A stretch of 64,000 nucleotides of DNA. It comes from Leucoraja ocellata (taxonomy: Eukaryota). Under the pieces are notes generated by a model, which did not search any database, had not been told where the DNA came from, and saw only the letters and a program-made list of their open reading frames with translations. Shown here piece after piece: positions 26,471-38,120 of the stretch. The stretch spans positions 9,176,001 through 9,240,000 of the forward strand of contig JAWMAR010000050.1 in assembly GCA_036785375.1 (NCBI GenBank), given 5' to 3'. The stretch's first letter is position 1. Every line of letters begins with the position of its first letter. The position numbers and the translations under genes are program-made.

Positions 26471-26937
26471 TTGTTATATATAAATGAATCAAATGTCAGT
26501 TAGAGGCATTGCCAAATATCTTCTAGCACTGAATCTCTTATAACTGCGTGAATTTCTGGGATGTGATCGTGCCTGTAAATTCTCCAGTGATAATTCTCCA
26601 CGAGTTATTTTGAAACACTGCAGAAACCTTGTTCAGCTACAATAACACGTTCTAAAAAAGGACATAATATTAAAATATGTTTCATTTATTACAGGACTTG
26701 AGCCAAACAATATGCTTAAAATTATACATCAGTGATAGTGATATGTTGACATTTATTTTATATCAGATAGTGTCAAGTCAAACTGTAATGAAAGGACTAA
26801 TGCTAAATTAAAATCACAAGCGCACAATAGTAGGAAAAGAGCATATACTGTACAGGTGAAATGGACTTAAAAGGGGGAGGGGTATTATGTATGTAATAGA
26901 AATGTTATTACCTGCCTCCAAGTTAAAGGGGGAGGAG

Positions 26938-27101
26938 TGTTAGGTATGGGATAATTAGGATTGGTGTCTTGTGATGTCTTGGGCAAGTACTCATGAGCAG
27001 GGGGAGACTGGAGGTTGCGTCCTGCAGTAAAGAAGCTTGTATGATTCCTCCCGTGTCCGAGCCTTTATTCAAGACTGTTCAAAGCATCCGAATACACAAC
27101 A
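26938..27101 (+). mobile_element. Gypsy-type LTR (164 bp) flanked by PPT upstream and PBS downstream
   Basis: TGTT...AACA termini; PPT AAAGGGGGAGGAG at 26925-26937; PBS TGGCGACGAGGAT at 27103-27115. Confidence 0.75.
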
Positions 27102-27800
27102 ATGGCGACGAGGATAAAAGAACGAAGATAAGAACAAGGCCAGCAAGAAGAATCGAAAACAAAAGTTAAAAATAGTAGTATTTGGAAACAAGTGGAACAG
27201 CACCAAGCCAAATGGTTTTGAATTGGCGCCAAAAAGAAAAAAGGTAGGAACGGGAAGCAATAGCTCAGGGAAGAGCTAGGAAAACAAGCAGGGGCAGTAA
27301 GGGTCACCAAGCACGGTGTCAGCTTACCTGGAATGTATCCCAAGCCCAAGCAGCAGCCACAGACGTCGGGTGGGGGCCTAGCACCGTGAAGGCCACGGAC
27401 AGGTCCAGAGAAGCCACCAACAAGAGGACCGTGTAGCCCACGGCCAGCCCCAGTAGCAGCCACAGACGTCAGGTGAGGGCCTAGTACCGTGTAGGCCACG
27501 GACAGGTCCAGAGAGCCACTGACAGAGGCCGAGTCTTCAGCCCAACCGGGAACAGTCAAACCGGTGGGGGGAGAAAACAGAGAAAGCCCGGTCGGGATCA
27601 GACTCAGCCCGACCGTGAACAGAAAAGCGGACAGGCCCGCGAGAGAAGTTGACTTGCGGCCAAAACTTGAACAGTATAATCTAAGAGACTGTCCTAAAAA
27701 CTGCCGCGATCGCCAGCAAAGGCATGCAGGACTGATTATCTACAGCACCCGACTAGCAGCCGGTTTTTCACCTGCTAAAAGACTAAACTGTTAAATACCT
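27102..27800 (+). mobile_element. Non-coding or deleted internal region of the LTR element
   Basis: Follows the PBS; ~104-bp-period direct repeat (27353/27457); ends in a frame reading STRLAAGFSPAKRLNC*, reminiscent of Gypsy integrase C-termini. Confidence 0.5.
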
Positions 27801-29430
27801 TAAGATCTACAACATCCAAATGCCTTCAAAGTAATGGCTGAAGCAATAAATCAAGTGGAATTGTAAATTAATTGCTGAATCTGCCAAAATAAAAAGGGGG
27901 AAAAAAATGGAAAAGAAGTGTTTGGTCATTGAGTGAAATCCAGTTCATCATTTCGGGGTGGATGAATCAGATCCCTTTCAAGCAGGGAATCTGCACAAAA
28001 ACATTAGAAGACTTGACAGATAGTTTTAAATAGGAAGAAAAACTTGGCCAAACATGCAAAAGTAGTGGGGTTTTTTAAACAAAATAATACATCCCGTGTG
28101 ATCTAAATGTTACACTGAGCAACAATGTGATGAGCCCATGTTATGATTTCTGCATGGAATCATAACATCTGCAAAATCTGAGACAAATTAAGTTCATTAA
28201 GGTCAAAGCAACTGATTTTTGATGGCAGACTCTTTCAAATTTTCAGAATCGCAAAATTTAATGGTCTCAAATGATAGCTGACTATTTTTTCTTCCTTTTT
28301 TCAAACATACATTTGATTTACTTTAAAAAGTTATCGTTGAATCTGCATTTAGAGCCACTTAATTCCAAATCATGATCCAAACTCAAGGCGTTAAATCAAC
28401 TCCTCCTTTCTCCTCTGGTTCTTTTGCTAATTAATGTTGCCATTCTCAGAATATTTGTGGCGTAAATTACTCTATCAATAAGTTTGAACTACCAAATCTC
28501 TCCTTCACAATCACTTACATGGTTAACAATCCAGACCATACATTGGAAAACTCTGGTGCTTTGTTGGTAAATATTACGCACAGCAATTTTCAAAGTGCTC
28601 AAAGTGCAATACATAGGTTTAGACACAACACCCAATAAGGACTAACCAATAATTTATTAAAGCTTTAGCTTAATTTCCTTGTTTTTTGTATTTTCAGCAT
28701 CAAAAGTAAAAAGCATACCAATGCATTATTAACAAGTTTTAAGTCAGCAAGATAATTCATTTTCTGTACTAGACAGCCTTTTTGCACTTTGATTCAGCAT
28801 TATTGACAGATCTGATCCTGATCTAGAAACTGGATATCATTGTAGCCAATGTACCAAAAACCTTCATTTTCAGACAACTACGTAGCTGTACTCCTTAGAT
28901 AAGGGCCCAACCATTCACTGTGAAGGTCCGAACCTGGTTTGGCTTCCCAAAATGCAAAACCGCACACTTAAACTCCATTAGCCATTCCTTCGCCACATGC
29001 CCAGCTGATCAAGGTTCAATTATTTTTGACAACCTTCTTCGGTGTCTATGATACCATCTACTTTAGTGTCATTGGTAAACTTACTAAATCCTTTACATTC
29101 TCATCCAAATCATTGATAAAAAACCACAAACAGCACCGATACTTGTGGCACACCACTAATAACAAGCTTCCAGTAAAAATAAACACCATTCCATGAAGTC
29201 AATTCGATACAAGTATTTATTTACATTCCATGTTTAGTGTAAATTGAAAAACCCTAATGTAGATGATATTTATTTGTGAAACTAACATACAACAAACAAC
29301 TAACATACAACAACTAACAAGTTGTAAGCTAAAGGAGGAAAAGTAGTCAGAGAGGTAGTCAATACTTATTGCAATAATGCCTAACATATTTCTTCTTATT
29401 GCAGAATTGACATTTATATTCTTACTTATA

Positions 29431-29563
29431 GTCTGAAGAATGGTCTAAAGCCAAAACGTCACCCATTCCTTCTCTCCAGAGATGCTGCCTGTCCTGCTGA
29501 GTTACTACAGCATTTTGTGTTTATTTTCGGTTTAAACCAGCATCTGCAGTTCCTTCCGACACA
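29431..29563 (+). mobile_element. Penelope-derived short element with full 3' tail
   Basis: GTCTGAAGAATGGTCTAAAGCCAAAACGTC...CAGCATCTGCAGTTCCTTCCGACACA. Confidence 0.8.
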
Positions 29564-30209
29564 TTTCAAACAGTACGCCAGCATTAAATGATCTGACCTC
29601 ATAATGAAGAAGAATTCAAAGAGCAATATCAAATCAGGACTATCAGGCTCCATTAAATCAACAGATGGTAACATTGCCCTGTAGCAAGACAATTTAAACT
29701 CCTGGGGATCCAGCCTGCAGAAGAAGCAGGCCAATTACCCCTCCCCTACATTACAAGATCTGGTTTATTAGGTGTTGAGTGAATTAACATGCTTCATGTT
29801 AAACTCAAAATAAACTCAAAATAAGCATGCCTATCCAACATCCTGTTTGTAAGCTGGTACAACATGTGGTACAGATGCAAAGTCAGGGCATCCTAGATTG
29901 GAAACACAAAGCCAATTTCACCAAGACAGCAAAGATACAGCTCTCACCTCTTCACACCTGCATCTTGCAAGTATTAAAGGGGTGGAAAGGGAATCGTGAC
30001 CATTAACTTACATATAAAACTAGTTTGCTTAGGGAAATTATATTACAATGGCATACACCACAAATCTGGCATAAAATTAATTTCCTCATTTATTTTCTCC
30101 AGCTCATCAATTATGCATGCCTATTTGGACAATTACAGTGTAATTCTGGTTAAGAGGTCATGACACTGCAGAGGTGTAAGGATCTTCATCAGACTATGTG
30201 TTAAGCTAA

Positions 30210-31338
30210 AGGGCCTGTCCCACTTAGGTGACTTCTTTGGCGAGTTTAGGAGACTCTGTACTCGTCACAAGATCGCCACATGGTCACCACATGGTCGCAG
30301 GTGGTCTCCTTCGTGGTCGGGAGGAGTTCCCGCATTCTGGGAACTGGTCGTGGCCTCAGTATGGTCGCCGAAAAATTGGTCGCCATGGAGAAAATTGATA
30401 CTTTTGTAGTCGTAGGTCTAGTCATAGTGGGGTCGCCATGTTATCGTAGTTAATCGTAAGTCGACGTGATAGTCGTAGGTAGTCTTAGTTAATCGCCTTT
30501 GCGGATCGGTCAATTTCATTGGCTCACTGTGGAAAAAAAAAGGTCTGTAAACAGTAAACATGTGATGCGCTGTCATTCCAGTGCGCAGTCATTGCGCAAT
30601 TTTTCTTTCAGTGGATCAGACGGTGTGAGACATGGCTCCAAGGAGAAGGATTCAGTGCTGGGGCACAACCTTCAACATCATCCACCAGGCTGTTATCAAC
30701 ATTGTTTGTTTTCTAAGACTTTTGTATGTTTCATTACCAATAAAGGAAATTCCTGACCTCTTAACCATAAATTGATGTATGAATATCATTATTTTTCATA
30801 GTAGTCCCTCATGTCATCACTTATATCTCATATTTCATTTCTCATATATTTAGACCATTGAAACACACACAAACACAAGGAAGGAATGCACTGTAAGTTT
30901 TAAAGTTTGACTTTTCACATTTATTTTGATGAAGAAAACAGACACAAGCACTTCAAATGCACTGCATTTAAAAGGATTTTATTTTTATACATCTCGAACA
31001 AGCAATACACTGAATTTAAAAGAACATGTTTGAAAAATCGAACACCATTTTTAGGTGATCAGTCGTACCCCGTCGTAGCCTGGTTTTTGTGATCGTTGGT
31101 GTATTCGTCCGTTAGTCGAAGTTCGTCGTCTTCAGTCCCCATTATTTAGTCACCAATTGTCACGAGTGCGTCAGCGATTAAGTCATAGATAATGGTAGCT
31201 TGTCCTACATAGTCGTACGATGTCTTCTACATCGTCGTAGGATTGGTTTGATACATTCACTTTTTCGGCGATTCAACAAGATTATGACAGTCGCCTGCAC
31301 TCGCAAAAGAAGTGGCCTAATTCTTAAGGACAGGCCCT
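30210..31338. mobile_element. PIF/Harbinger-type non-autonomous element
   Basis: AGGGCCTGTCC termini, TAA TSD at 30207-30209 and 31339-31341; GTCGTAG micro-repeats related in reverse to the 8265 element. Confidence 0.8.
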
Positions 31339-31588
31339 TAACTCATTCAAATGTGTATTGTGTTCTTTTTATTCGTATGGCTGTGTGGCAACTCAAATTT
31401 CACTGTACCAATAAGTGCATGTGACAATAAATGTGAACTTGAACTTGAATTTGAACTTGCCATTATATTGCAGAAGACATGAGACCCAATGGGTGTAATA
31501 TAACCATATAACATATAACCATATAACAATTACAGCACGGAAACAGGCCATCTCGACCCTTCTAGTCCATGCCGAAACGTATTCTCCC

Positions 31589-32563
31589 CTAGTCCCATAC
31601 ACCTGCATTCAGACCATAACCCTCCATACCTTTCCCGTCCATATAACTATCCAATTTATTTTTAAATGATAAAAACGAACCTGCCTCCACCACCTTCACT
31701 GGAAGCTCATTCCACACAGCCACCACTCTCTGAGTAAAGAAGTTCCCCCTCATGTTACCCCTAAACTTCTCTCCCTTAATTCTCAACTCATGTCCCCTTG
31801 TTTGAATCTTCCCTACTCTCAGTGGGAAAAGCTTATCCACATCAACGCTGTCTATCCCTCTCATCATTTTAAAGACCTCTATCAAGTCCCCCCTTAACCT
31901 TCTGCGCTCCAAAGAATAAAGCCCCAACTTGTTCAACCTTTCTCTGTAACTTAGTTGCTGAAACCCAGGCAACATTCTAGTAAATCTCCTCTGTACTCTC
32001 TCTATTTTGTTGACATCCTTCCTACAATTAGGCGACCAAAATTGTACACCATAATCCAAAATTGGCCTCACCAATGCCTTGTACAATTTTAACATTACAT
32101 CCCAACTTCTATACTCAATGCTCTGATTTATAAAGGCCAGCACACCAAAAGCTTTCTTTACCACCCTATCTACATGAGATTCCACTTTCAGGGAACTGTG
32201 CACAGTTATTCCCAGATCCCTCTGTTCACCTGCATTCTTCAATTCCCTACCATTTACCATGTACGTTCTATTTTGATTTGTCCTGCCAAGATGTAGCACC
32301 TCACACTTATCAGCATTAAACTCCATCTGCCATCTTTCAGCCCACTCTTCCAACTGGCATAAATCTCTGTGTAGACTTTGAAAATCTACTTCATTATCCA
32401 CAACCCCACCTATCTTAGTATCATCTGCATACTTACTAATCCAATTTACCACACCATCATCCAGATCATTGATGTACATGACAAACAACAGTGGACCCAA
32501 CACAGATCCCTGTGGTACCCCACTAGTCACTGGCCTCCAACCTGACAAACAACCATCCACCAT
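31589..32563 (-). pseudogene. CR1 ORF2, RT C-half and C-terminal domain
   Basis: SGVPQGSVLGP, KYADD, RDLGI, SLERRRLRGDLIE, FFTQRVV; continuous with the upstream segment once the insertion and one TSD are removed. Confidence 0.9.
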
Positions 32564-32975
32564 TGTTTAAGAAGGAACTGCAGATGCTGGAGAATCGAAG
32601 GTTACACAAAAAAGCTGGAGAAACTCAGCGGGTGCAGCAGCATCTATGGAGCGAAGGAAATAGGCAACGTTTCAGGCCGAAACCCTTCTTCAGACTGATC
32701 GGGGGCGGGGGTGGGCGGAGACAAGAAAGGAAAAAGGAGGAGGAGCCCGAAGGCTGGGGGATGGGAGGAGACAGCAGGGGGAGTGAGGAAGGGGAGGAGA
32801 CAGCAAGGACTAACAAAATTGGGAGAATTCGATGTTCATGCCCCCAGGATGCAGACTCCCCAAACGGAATACGAGGTGCTGTTCCTCCAATTTACGGTGC
32901 TGCTCGCTGTGGCCATGGAGGAGACCCAGGACAGAGAGGTCGGAAACGTAGTGGGAGGGGGAGTTGAAGTGCTGA

Positions 32976-33448
32976 ACCTCCATAACTCCCTTGTCAATTC
33001 TTCCCTTCCCTCTCGTACCACCCCCTCCCCGGGCACTTTCCCTTGCAACCGCAAGAGATGCAACACTTGTCCCTTTACCTCCCCCCTCGACTCCGTTTAA
33101 GGACCCAAGCAATCGTTCCAGGTGCGACAGAGGTTTACCTGCATCTCTTCCAACCTCATCTATTGCGTCCGCTGCTCTAGATCTCAGCAGATCTATATCG
33201 GTGAGACCAAGCGGAGGTTGGGCGATCGTTTCGCCAAACACCTCCGCTCGGTCCGCAATAACCAAGCTGACCTCCCGGTGGCTCAGCACTTCAACTCCCC
33301 CTCCCACTTCGTCTCTGACCTCTCTGTCCTGGGTCTCCTCCATGGCCACAGCGAGCAGCACCGGAAATTGGAGGAACAGCTCCTCATATTCCGTTTGGGG
33401 AGTCTGCATCCTGGGGGCATGAACATCGAATTCTCCCAATTTTGTTAG
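32976..33448 (+). pseudogene. Penelope GIY-YIG endonuclease with upstream Cys-rich linker
   Basis: PCNRKRCNTC, NLIYCVRC, IYIGETKRRLGDRFAKH, VAQHFN, RKLEEQ, GMN motifs; in-frame stop at 33098-33100. Confidence 0.9.
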
Positions 33449-33561
33449 TCCTTGCTGTCTCCTCCCCTTCCTCAGTCCCTCTGCTATCTCCTCCCATCCC
33501 CCAGCCTTCGGGCTCCTCCTTTTTCCTTTCTTGTCCCCGCCCACCCCCGGCCCCGATCAGT

Positions 33562-33589
33562 CTGAAGAAGGGTTTTGGCCCGAAACGTT
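33562..33589 (+). ncRNA. Minimal hammerhead ribozyme-like core
   Basis: CUGAAGA, stem II GGGU/GCCC, GAAAC-GUU; stem I weak. Confidence 0.55.
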
Positions 33590-33651
33590 ACCTATTTCCT
33601 TCGCTCCATAGATGCTGCTGCACCCGCTGAGTTTCTCCAGCTTTTTTGTGT

Positions 33652-34906
33652 AACCATCCACCATTACTCTCTGGCATCTCCCATTCAGCCACTGTTGAAT
33701 CCATCTTGCTACTCCTCCATTAATCCCCAACCATTGAACCTTCTTAACCAACCTTCCGTGAGGAACCATGACAAAGGCCTTACTGAAGTCCATGTATACA
33801 ACATCCACTGCTTTACCCTCATCAATAACCTCTTCAAAAAATTCAAGAAGATTAGTCAAACATGACCTTCCAGGCACAAATCCATGTTGACTGTTCCTAA
33901 TCAGACCCTGTTTATTCAGATGCTTATATATATTATCTCTAAGTATCCTTTCCATTAATTTGCCCACCACTGACGTGAAACTAACAGGTCTATAATTGCT
34001 AGGTTTACTCTTAGACCCCTTTTTAAACAATGGAACAACATGCGCAGTACGCCAATCCTCCGGCACTATTCCCGTTTCTAATGACATTTGAAATATTTCT
34101 GTCATAGCCCCTGCTATTTCTACACTAACTTCCCTCAATGTCCTAGTGAATATCCTGTCCGGACCTGGAGACTTATCCACTTTTATATTTCTCAAAAGTG
34201 TCAGTACTTCCTCTTCTTTGATCCTCATAGTTTCCATAGTTACTCTACTCGTTTCCCTTACCTCACATAATTCAATATCCTTCTCCTTGGTGAATACCGA
34301 AGAAAAGAAACTGTTCAATATCTCCCCCATCTCTTTTGGCTCTGCAGATAGCTGTCCACTCTGACTTTCTAATGGACCAACTTTATCCCTCGTTATCCTT
34401 TTGCTATTAATATAGCTGTAGAAACCCTTAGGATTTACTTTCATCTTACTTGCCAAAGCAACCTCATATCTTCTTTTAGCTTTTCTAATTTCTTTCTTGA
34501 GATTCTTTTTACATTTTTTATACTCCTCAAGCACCTCCTTTACTCCATGCTGCCTATAATTATTGTAGATCTCTCTCTTTTTCCGAACCAAGTGTCCAAT
34601 TTCCCTTGAAAACCATGGCTCTTTCCAATTTTTACTATTTCCTTTCAACCGAACAGGGACATAAAGATTCTGTACTCTTAAAATTTCACCTTTAAATGTC
34701 CTCCATTTCTCTCCCACATCTTTCCTATAAAACAAACTGTCCCAATTTAGTCCTTTTAAATCCTTTCGCATCTCATCAAAGTTAGCCTTTCTCCAATCAA
34801 AAATCTCAACCCTAGGTCCAGTTCTGACCCTATCCATAATTATATTGAAGCTAATGGTATTGTGATCACTGGTCCCGAACTGTTCCCCAACGCATACCTC
34901 TGCCAC
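33652..34906 (-). pseudogene. CR1 ORF2, endonuclease end to RT N-half
   Basis: GTSDHNTISF, KSPGPDRI, NYRPVSFTS, QHGFVPGRSCLTNL, YMDFSKAF; reads into the inserted element below 33652. Confidence 0.9.
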
Positions 34907-35065
34907 CTGGTGGCAATGGTGAGCTGGCCACTAGTAGTAGACTGCTTATTCATGGATAAAGTATACCCTAATAGTGAAAGTGAGAAATTGGTGGTGGAGG
35001 AGTATTACAATAGAAATTTGGTCCGGGAATAAACATATAGTCATTAAAAATGACTGGAGAGACTG

Positions 35066-35372
35066 TGGGCACAGTGGTGCAGTGGTAGAGTTATTTCCTT
35101 ACAGTGCCAGAGAACTGGGTTTGATCCCGACTATGGGTGCTGTCTATACAGAGTTTGCACATTCTCCCTGTGACCGTGTGGGTTTTCTCCAGGTGCTCCG
35201 GTTTCCGGCAACATCCCAAAGACATGTAGGTTTGTAGGTTAATTGGTATCTGTAAATTGTCCCTAGTGAATAGGAAGGAGCAAGCGTATGGTTGTTCGCT
35301 GGACAGCACAGACTCGGTGGGCCAAAGAGACTGTTTCCATGCTCTATCTCTGAACTAAACTGAAGACTAAAC
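35066..35372 (+). mobile_element. HE1-type tRNA-derived V-SINE, near full length
   Basis: A-box TGGTGCAGTGG, B-box-like GGTTTGATCCC, V-domain GTGGGTTTTCTCCAGGTGCTCCGGTTTCC, CR1-like tail and AACTA repeats. Confidence 0.85.
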
Positions 35373-36129
35373 CTGATAAAGGTACACCAAATTTTGAGGA
35401 GTATAAATAGAGGAAGATGGTAGGAAATTGTTCACCAAATCCTAGCTATCTAAATATGGACAGATTAGATTTAGAGTTAGCGGTAAGAGGTTTAGAGCGG
35501 GTCCAAGGATGAACACTTTAATCCACAGGAGATTTTGAATCTAGAACACACTTTCTGAAGAGTTGGCATGTATTTTCACAACAATTAAGAAGAATCTAGT
35601 TGCAGGGCTTGAAATTAATGGTTGCCCGGGCAACCTAAAGCTGTGTCATTTTGCCCAGCTTGGCAAGCACCGGAACACCTGCCGTTCAACTCTGAGCAGG
35701 CCCCCCTCTCTATCTCTCTCTCTCTGTCACTCTCCATCTCCGCCTGCCATCCGTGACTGGGCCGTCGTATCTCCACTCTCTGCTCTCCGGCCGCTCCTCA
35801 TCTGCCGACACGGCAGGCCGTCTTGCACATGCGCACTGCCACGGGCCCGCACATCCTCTCCCTGCACATGCGCACAACCACGGCCAGCACATCATCGGCC
35901 GCCCTGCACATGCGCACTGCCACGGCAACTGGTCGGCGACTGCCACTTTCTCCCTCCCTTTGCATTGTGGGAGATCTGGCCGCCTCGCCACGACCACTGA
36001 AACCCAACGCAGAATCACTGCCTGGAGCTTGAGTAACTCCCTGGAGTGACTCTTGCTTCTTGGTTTCCTGGTCATCCAAAAATATTCCAAATGGAATTTA
36101 AACTGGAGGTGGTAGAAGGCCCACTACCA

Positions 36130-36328
36130 AACTCCAAACAATAACAGCCTATTGCACTTTATCTATTTATTTATTGTGTATATATATGGTCTATGGTCTA
36201 TAGACACACTGAACTTTTATCTCCTGTTCTGTATTATGTTTGCATATTCTGTTGTGCTGCAGCAAGCAAGAATTTCATTGTCCTATCTGGGACACATGAC
36301 AATAAAACTCTCTTGACTCTTGACTTGG
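36130..36328 (+). mobile_element. Rex1/Babar 3' UTR fragment
   Basis: Near-identical to 14470-14660 including GACAATAAAACTCTCTTGACT. Confidence 0.8.
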
Positions 36329-36765
36329 ACAAGCAAAAAAGGGTTCATGGGAAAAAAGAACTACCTTAAATTTAGTTGCGTCTGGTTGGGTAACTATGGT
36401 AGGGTGAAGACTATTCCATGCATTAATTGTGCGGGGGAACTCCATGGAGCAGCCAGCATCTCTGGATAGAAGAAATTGGGTGACGTTTCGGGTAGAGACC
36501 CTTCTTTAGACTCCCTCTAGTTTTAGTGTTTTTAGTTTAATTTAAAGATACAGCGTGGAAACAGGCCCTTCGGCCCACCGAGGCCATGCCGACCACCGAT
36601 CACCCGTACACTAGTTCTATCCCACGATGCAAGTCAAGAGTCAAGAGTGTTTTATTCTCTCACATCCCAGTTAGAACAATGAAATCCTTACTTGCAGCAG
36701 CACAACAGAATATGTAAACATAGTACTCTGTAAACAATGTTATAAACGAGAAAACCAAACAGTGT

Positions 36766-37011
36766 NNNNNNNNNNNNNNNNNNNNNNNNNNNNNNNNNNN
36801 NNNNNNNNNNNNNNNNNNNNNNNNNNNNNNNNNNNNNNNNNNNNNNNNNNNNNNNNNNNNNNNNNNNNNNNNNNNNNNNNNNNNNNNNNNNNNNNNNNNN
36901 NNNNNNNNNNNNNNNNNNNNNNNNNNNNNNNNNNNNNNNNNNNNNNNNNNNNNNNNNNNNNNNNNNNNNNNNNNNNNNNNNNNNNNNNNNNNNNNNNNNN
37001 NNNNNNNNNNN
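36766..37011. other. Assembly gap (246 N)
   Basis: Run of N. Confidence 1.
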
Positions 37012-37687
37012 ATTATCCCTCCTGGGATTAATAATGTTTTATCGTATAGTATATTGTGTGTAGGAAGGAACTGCAGATGCTGGTTGAAACTGAAGATAGA
37101 CACAAAAAGCTGGAGTAACTCAACAGGTCAGACAAAATCTCTGGACAAAAGGAAACTATTACATTTTGGGTTGGGTCTGAAAAAGGTTCCTGCACACCTT
37201 TGGAATGTGGAAGGAAACAAGAGAACCCGGAGAAAACCCATGCGATCAAAGGGAAAAGGAGCAAACTCCATGCAAACAACACCCATTTTCAGGATCAATT
37301 CCGGGTCTCTGGCACTTTTAGGCAGCAACGTTATGGCCAATGTCTTGAACTGAATTAAAACCTACAGTAGCTGTAAAGGGGGACATAGCGTCACTTAGAG
37401 ATTTAAGACTGAAAATGGATAGTTTCTTTTATTTAGTAACCAAATTTATCAACGTATAATTTTTTGTGTGTTGGAAAACAAAATATAGTGACACAGCTGG
37501 TAAACTTGCTGCCTCACACGCCAGAGATCTGTGTTCGATCCTGTCCTCGGGCACTGTCTGTGTTGAATTTGCACATTCTCCCAAAGACGCATTGGCTTTG
37601 TAGGTTAACTTGTCTCTGTAAAATTGCCCCTAATATGTATGGAGCGGGTGAGGAAAGTGAGATAACAGAACTTGTGTGAATGGGTGA

Positions 37688-38120
37688 TAGACAAAAAAGC
37701 TGGAGAAAATCAGCGGGTGAGGCAGCATTTATGGAGCGAAGTAATAGGCGACGTTTCGGGTCGAGACCCTTCTTCAGACTGATGTGGGGGGGGGGGCAGG
37801 AAAAAGAAAGGAAGAGGCGGAGACAGTAGGAGAGATAGGAATGGGAGGGGAAGGAGAGAGAAAGCAGGGACTACCTGAAATTGGAGAAGCCAATGTTCAT
37901 ACCGCTGGGGTGTAAACTATCCAAGCGAAATATGAGGTGCTGTTCCTCCAATTTGCAGTGGGTCTCACTCTGGCCATGGAGGAGGCCCAGAACAGAGGTC
38001 AGATTTGGAATGGGAGAGGAAGTTGCAGTGCTGAGCCACCCGGGAGATCCGGTTGGTTATTGTGAACTGAGTGGAGCTGTTGTGCGAAGCGATCGCCAAG
38101 CCTGCGCTTGGTCTCACTGA
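37688..38120 (-). mobile_element. Penelope-like 3' fragment with GIY-YIG remnant
   Basis: SETKRRLGDRFAQQL translation; family 3' UTR. Confidence 0.85.
37750..37777 (-). ncRNA. Minimal hammerhead ribozyme-like core (best copy)
   Basis: Minus strand CUGAAGA-A-GGGUC-UC-GACCC-GAAAC-GUC. Confidence 0.6.

Larger units (their letters stand above)
32565..33651. mobile_element. Penelope-like element, 5' truncated, with inverted pseudo-LTR
   Basis: 14-bp TSD AACCATCCACCATT at 32551-32564 and 33652-33665; inverted arms ~32598-32975 and ~33283-33655. Confidence 0.95.
31498..34910 (-). mobile_element. Young CR1/HER1-type LINE, 5' truncated, split by a Penelope insertion
   Basis: Two long open ORF2 segments; 3' tail (TATATGGT)n at 31498-31525. 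Confidence 0.95.

Noticed and set aside
27926-27990. Minus-strand acceptor giving YSLLERDLIHPPRNDELDFTQ* in phase 1
   Set aside because: Good acceptor but terminates after 21 codons, with no homology or donor support; cannot distinguish from a cryptic site
32810-33544. 244-aa minus-strand ORF as a novel gene
   Set aside because: Antisense of the Penelope arm reading through the inversion into the sense GIY-YIG tail; a chimeric artefact
35066-35140. tRNA gene
   Set aside because: Degenerate A/B boxes continue into SINE body and tail; no cloverleaf
36660-37103. ORFs containing X runs
   Set aside because: Artefacts of the N gap
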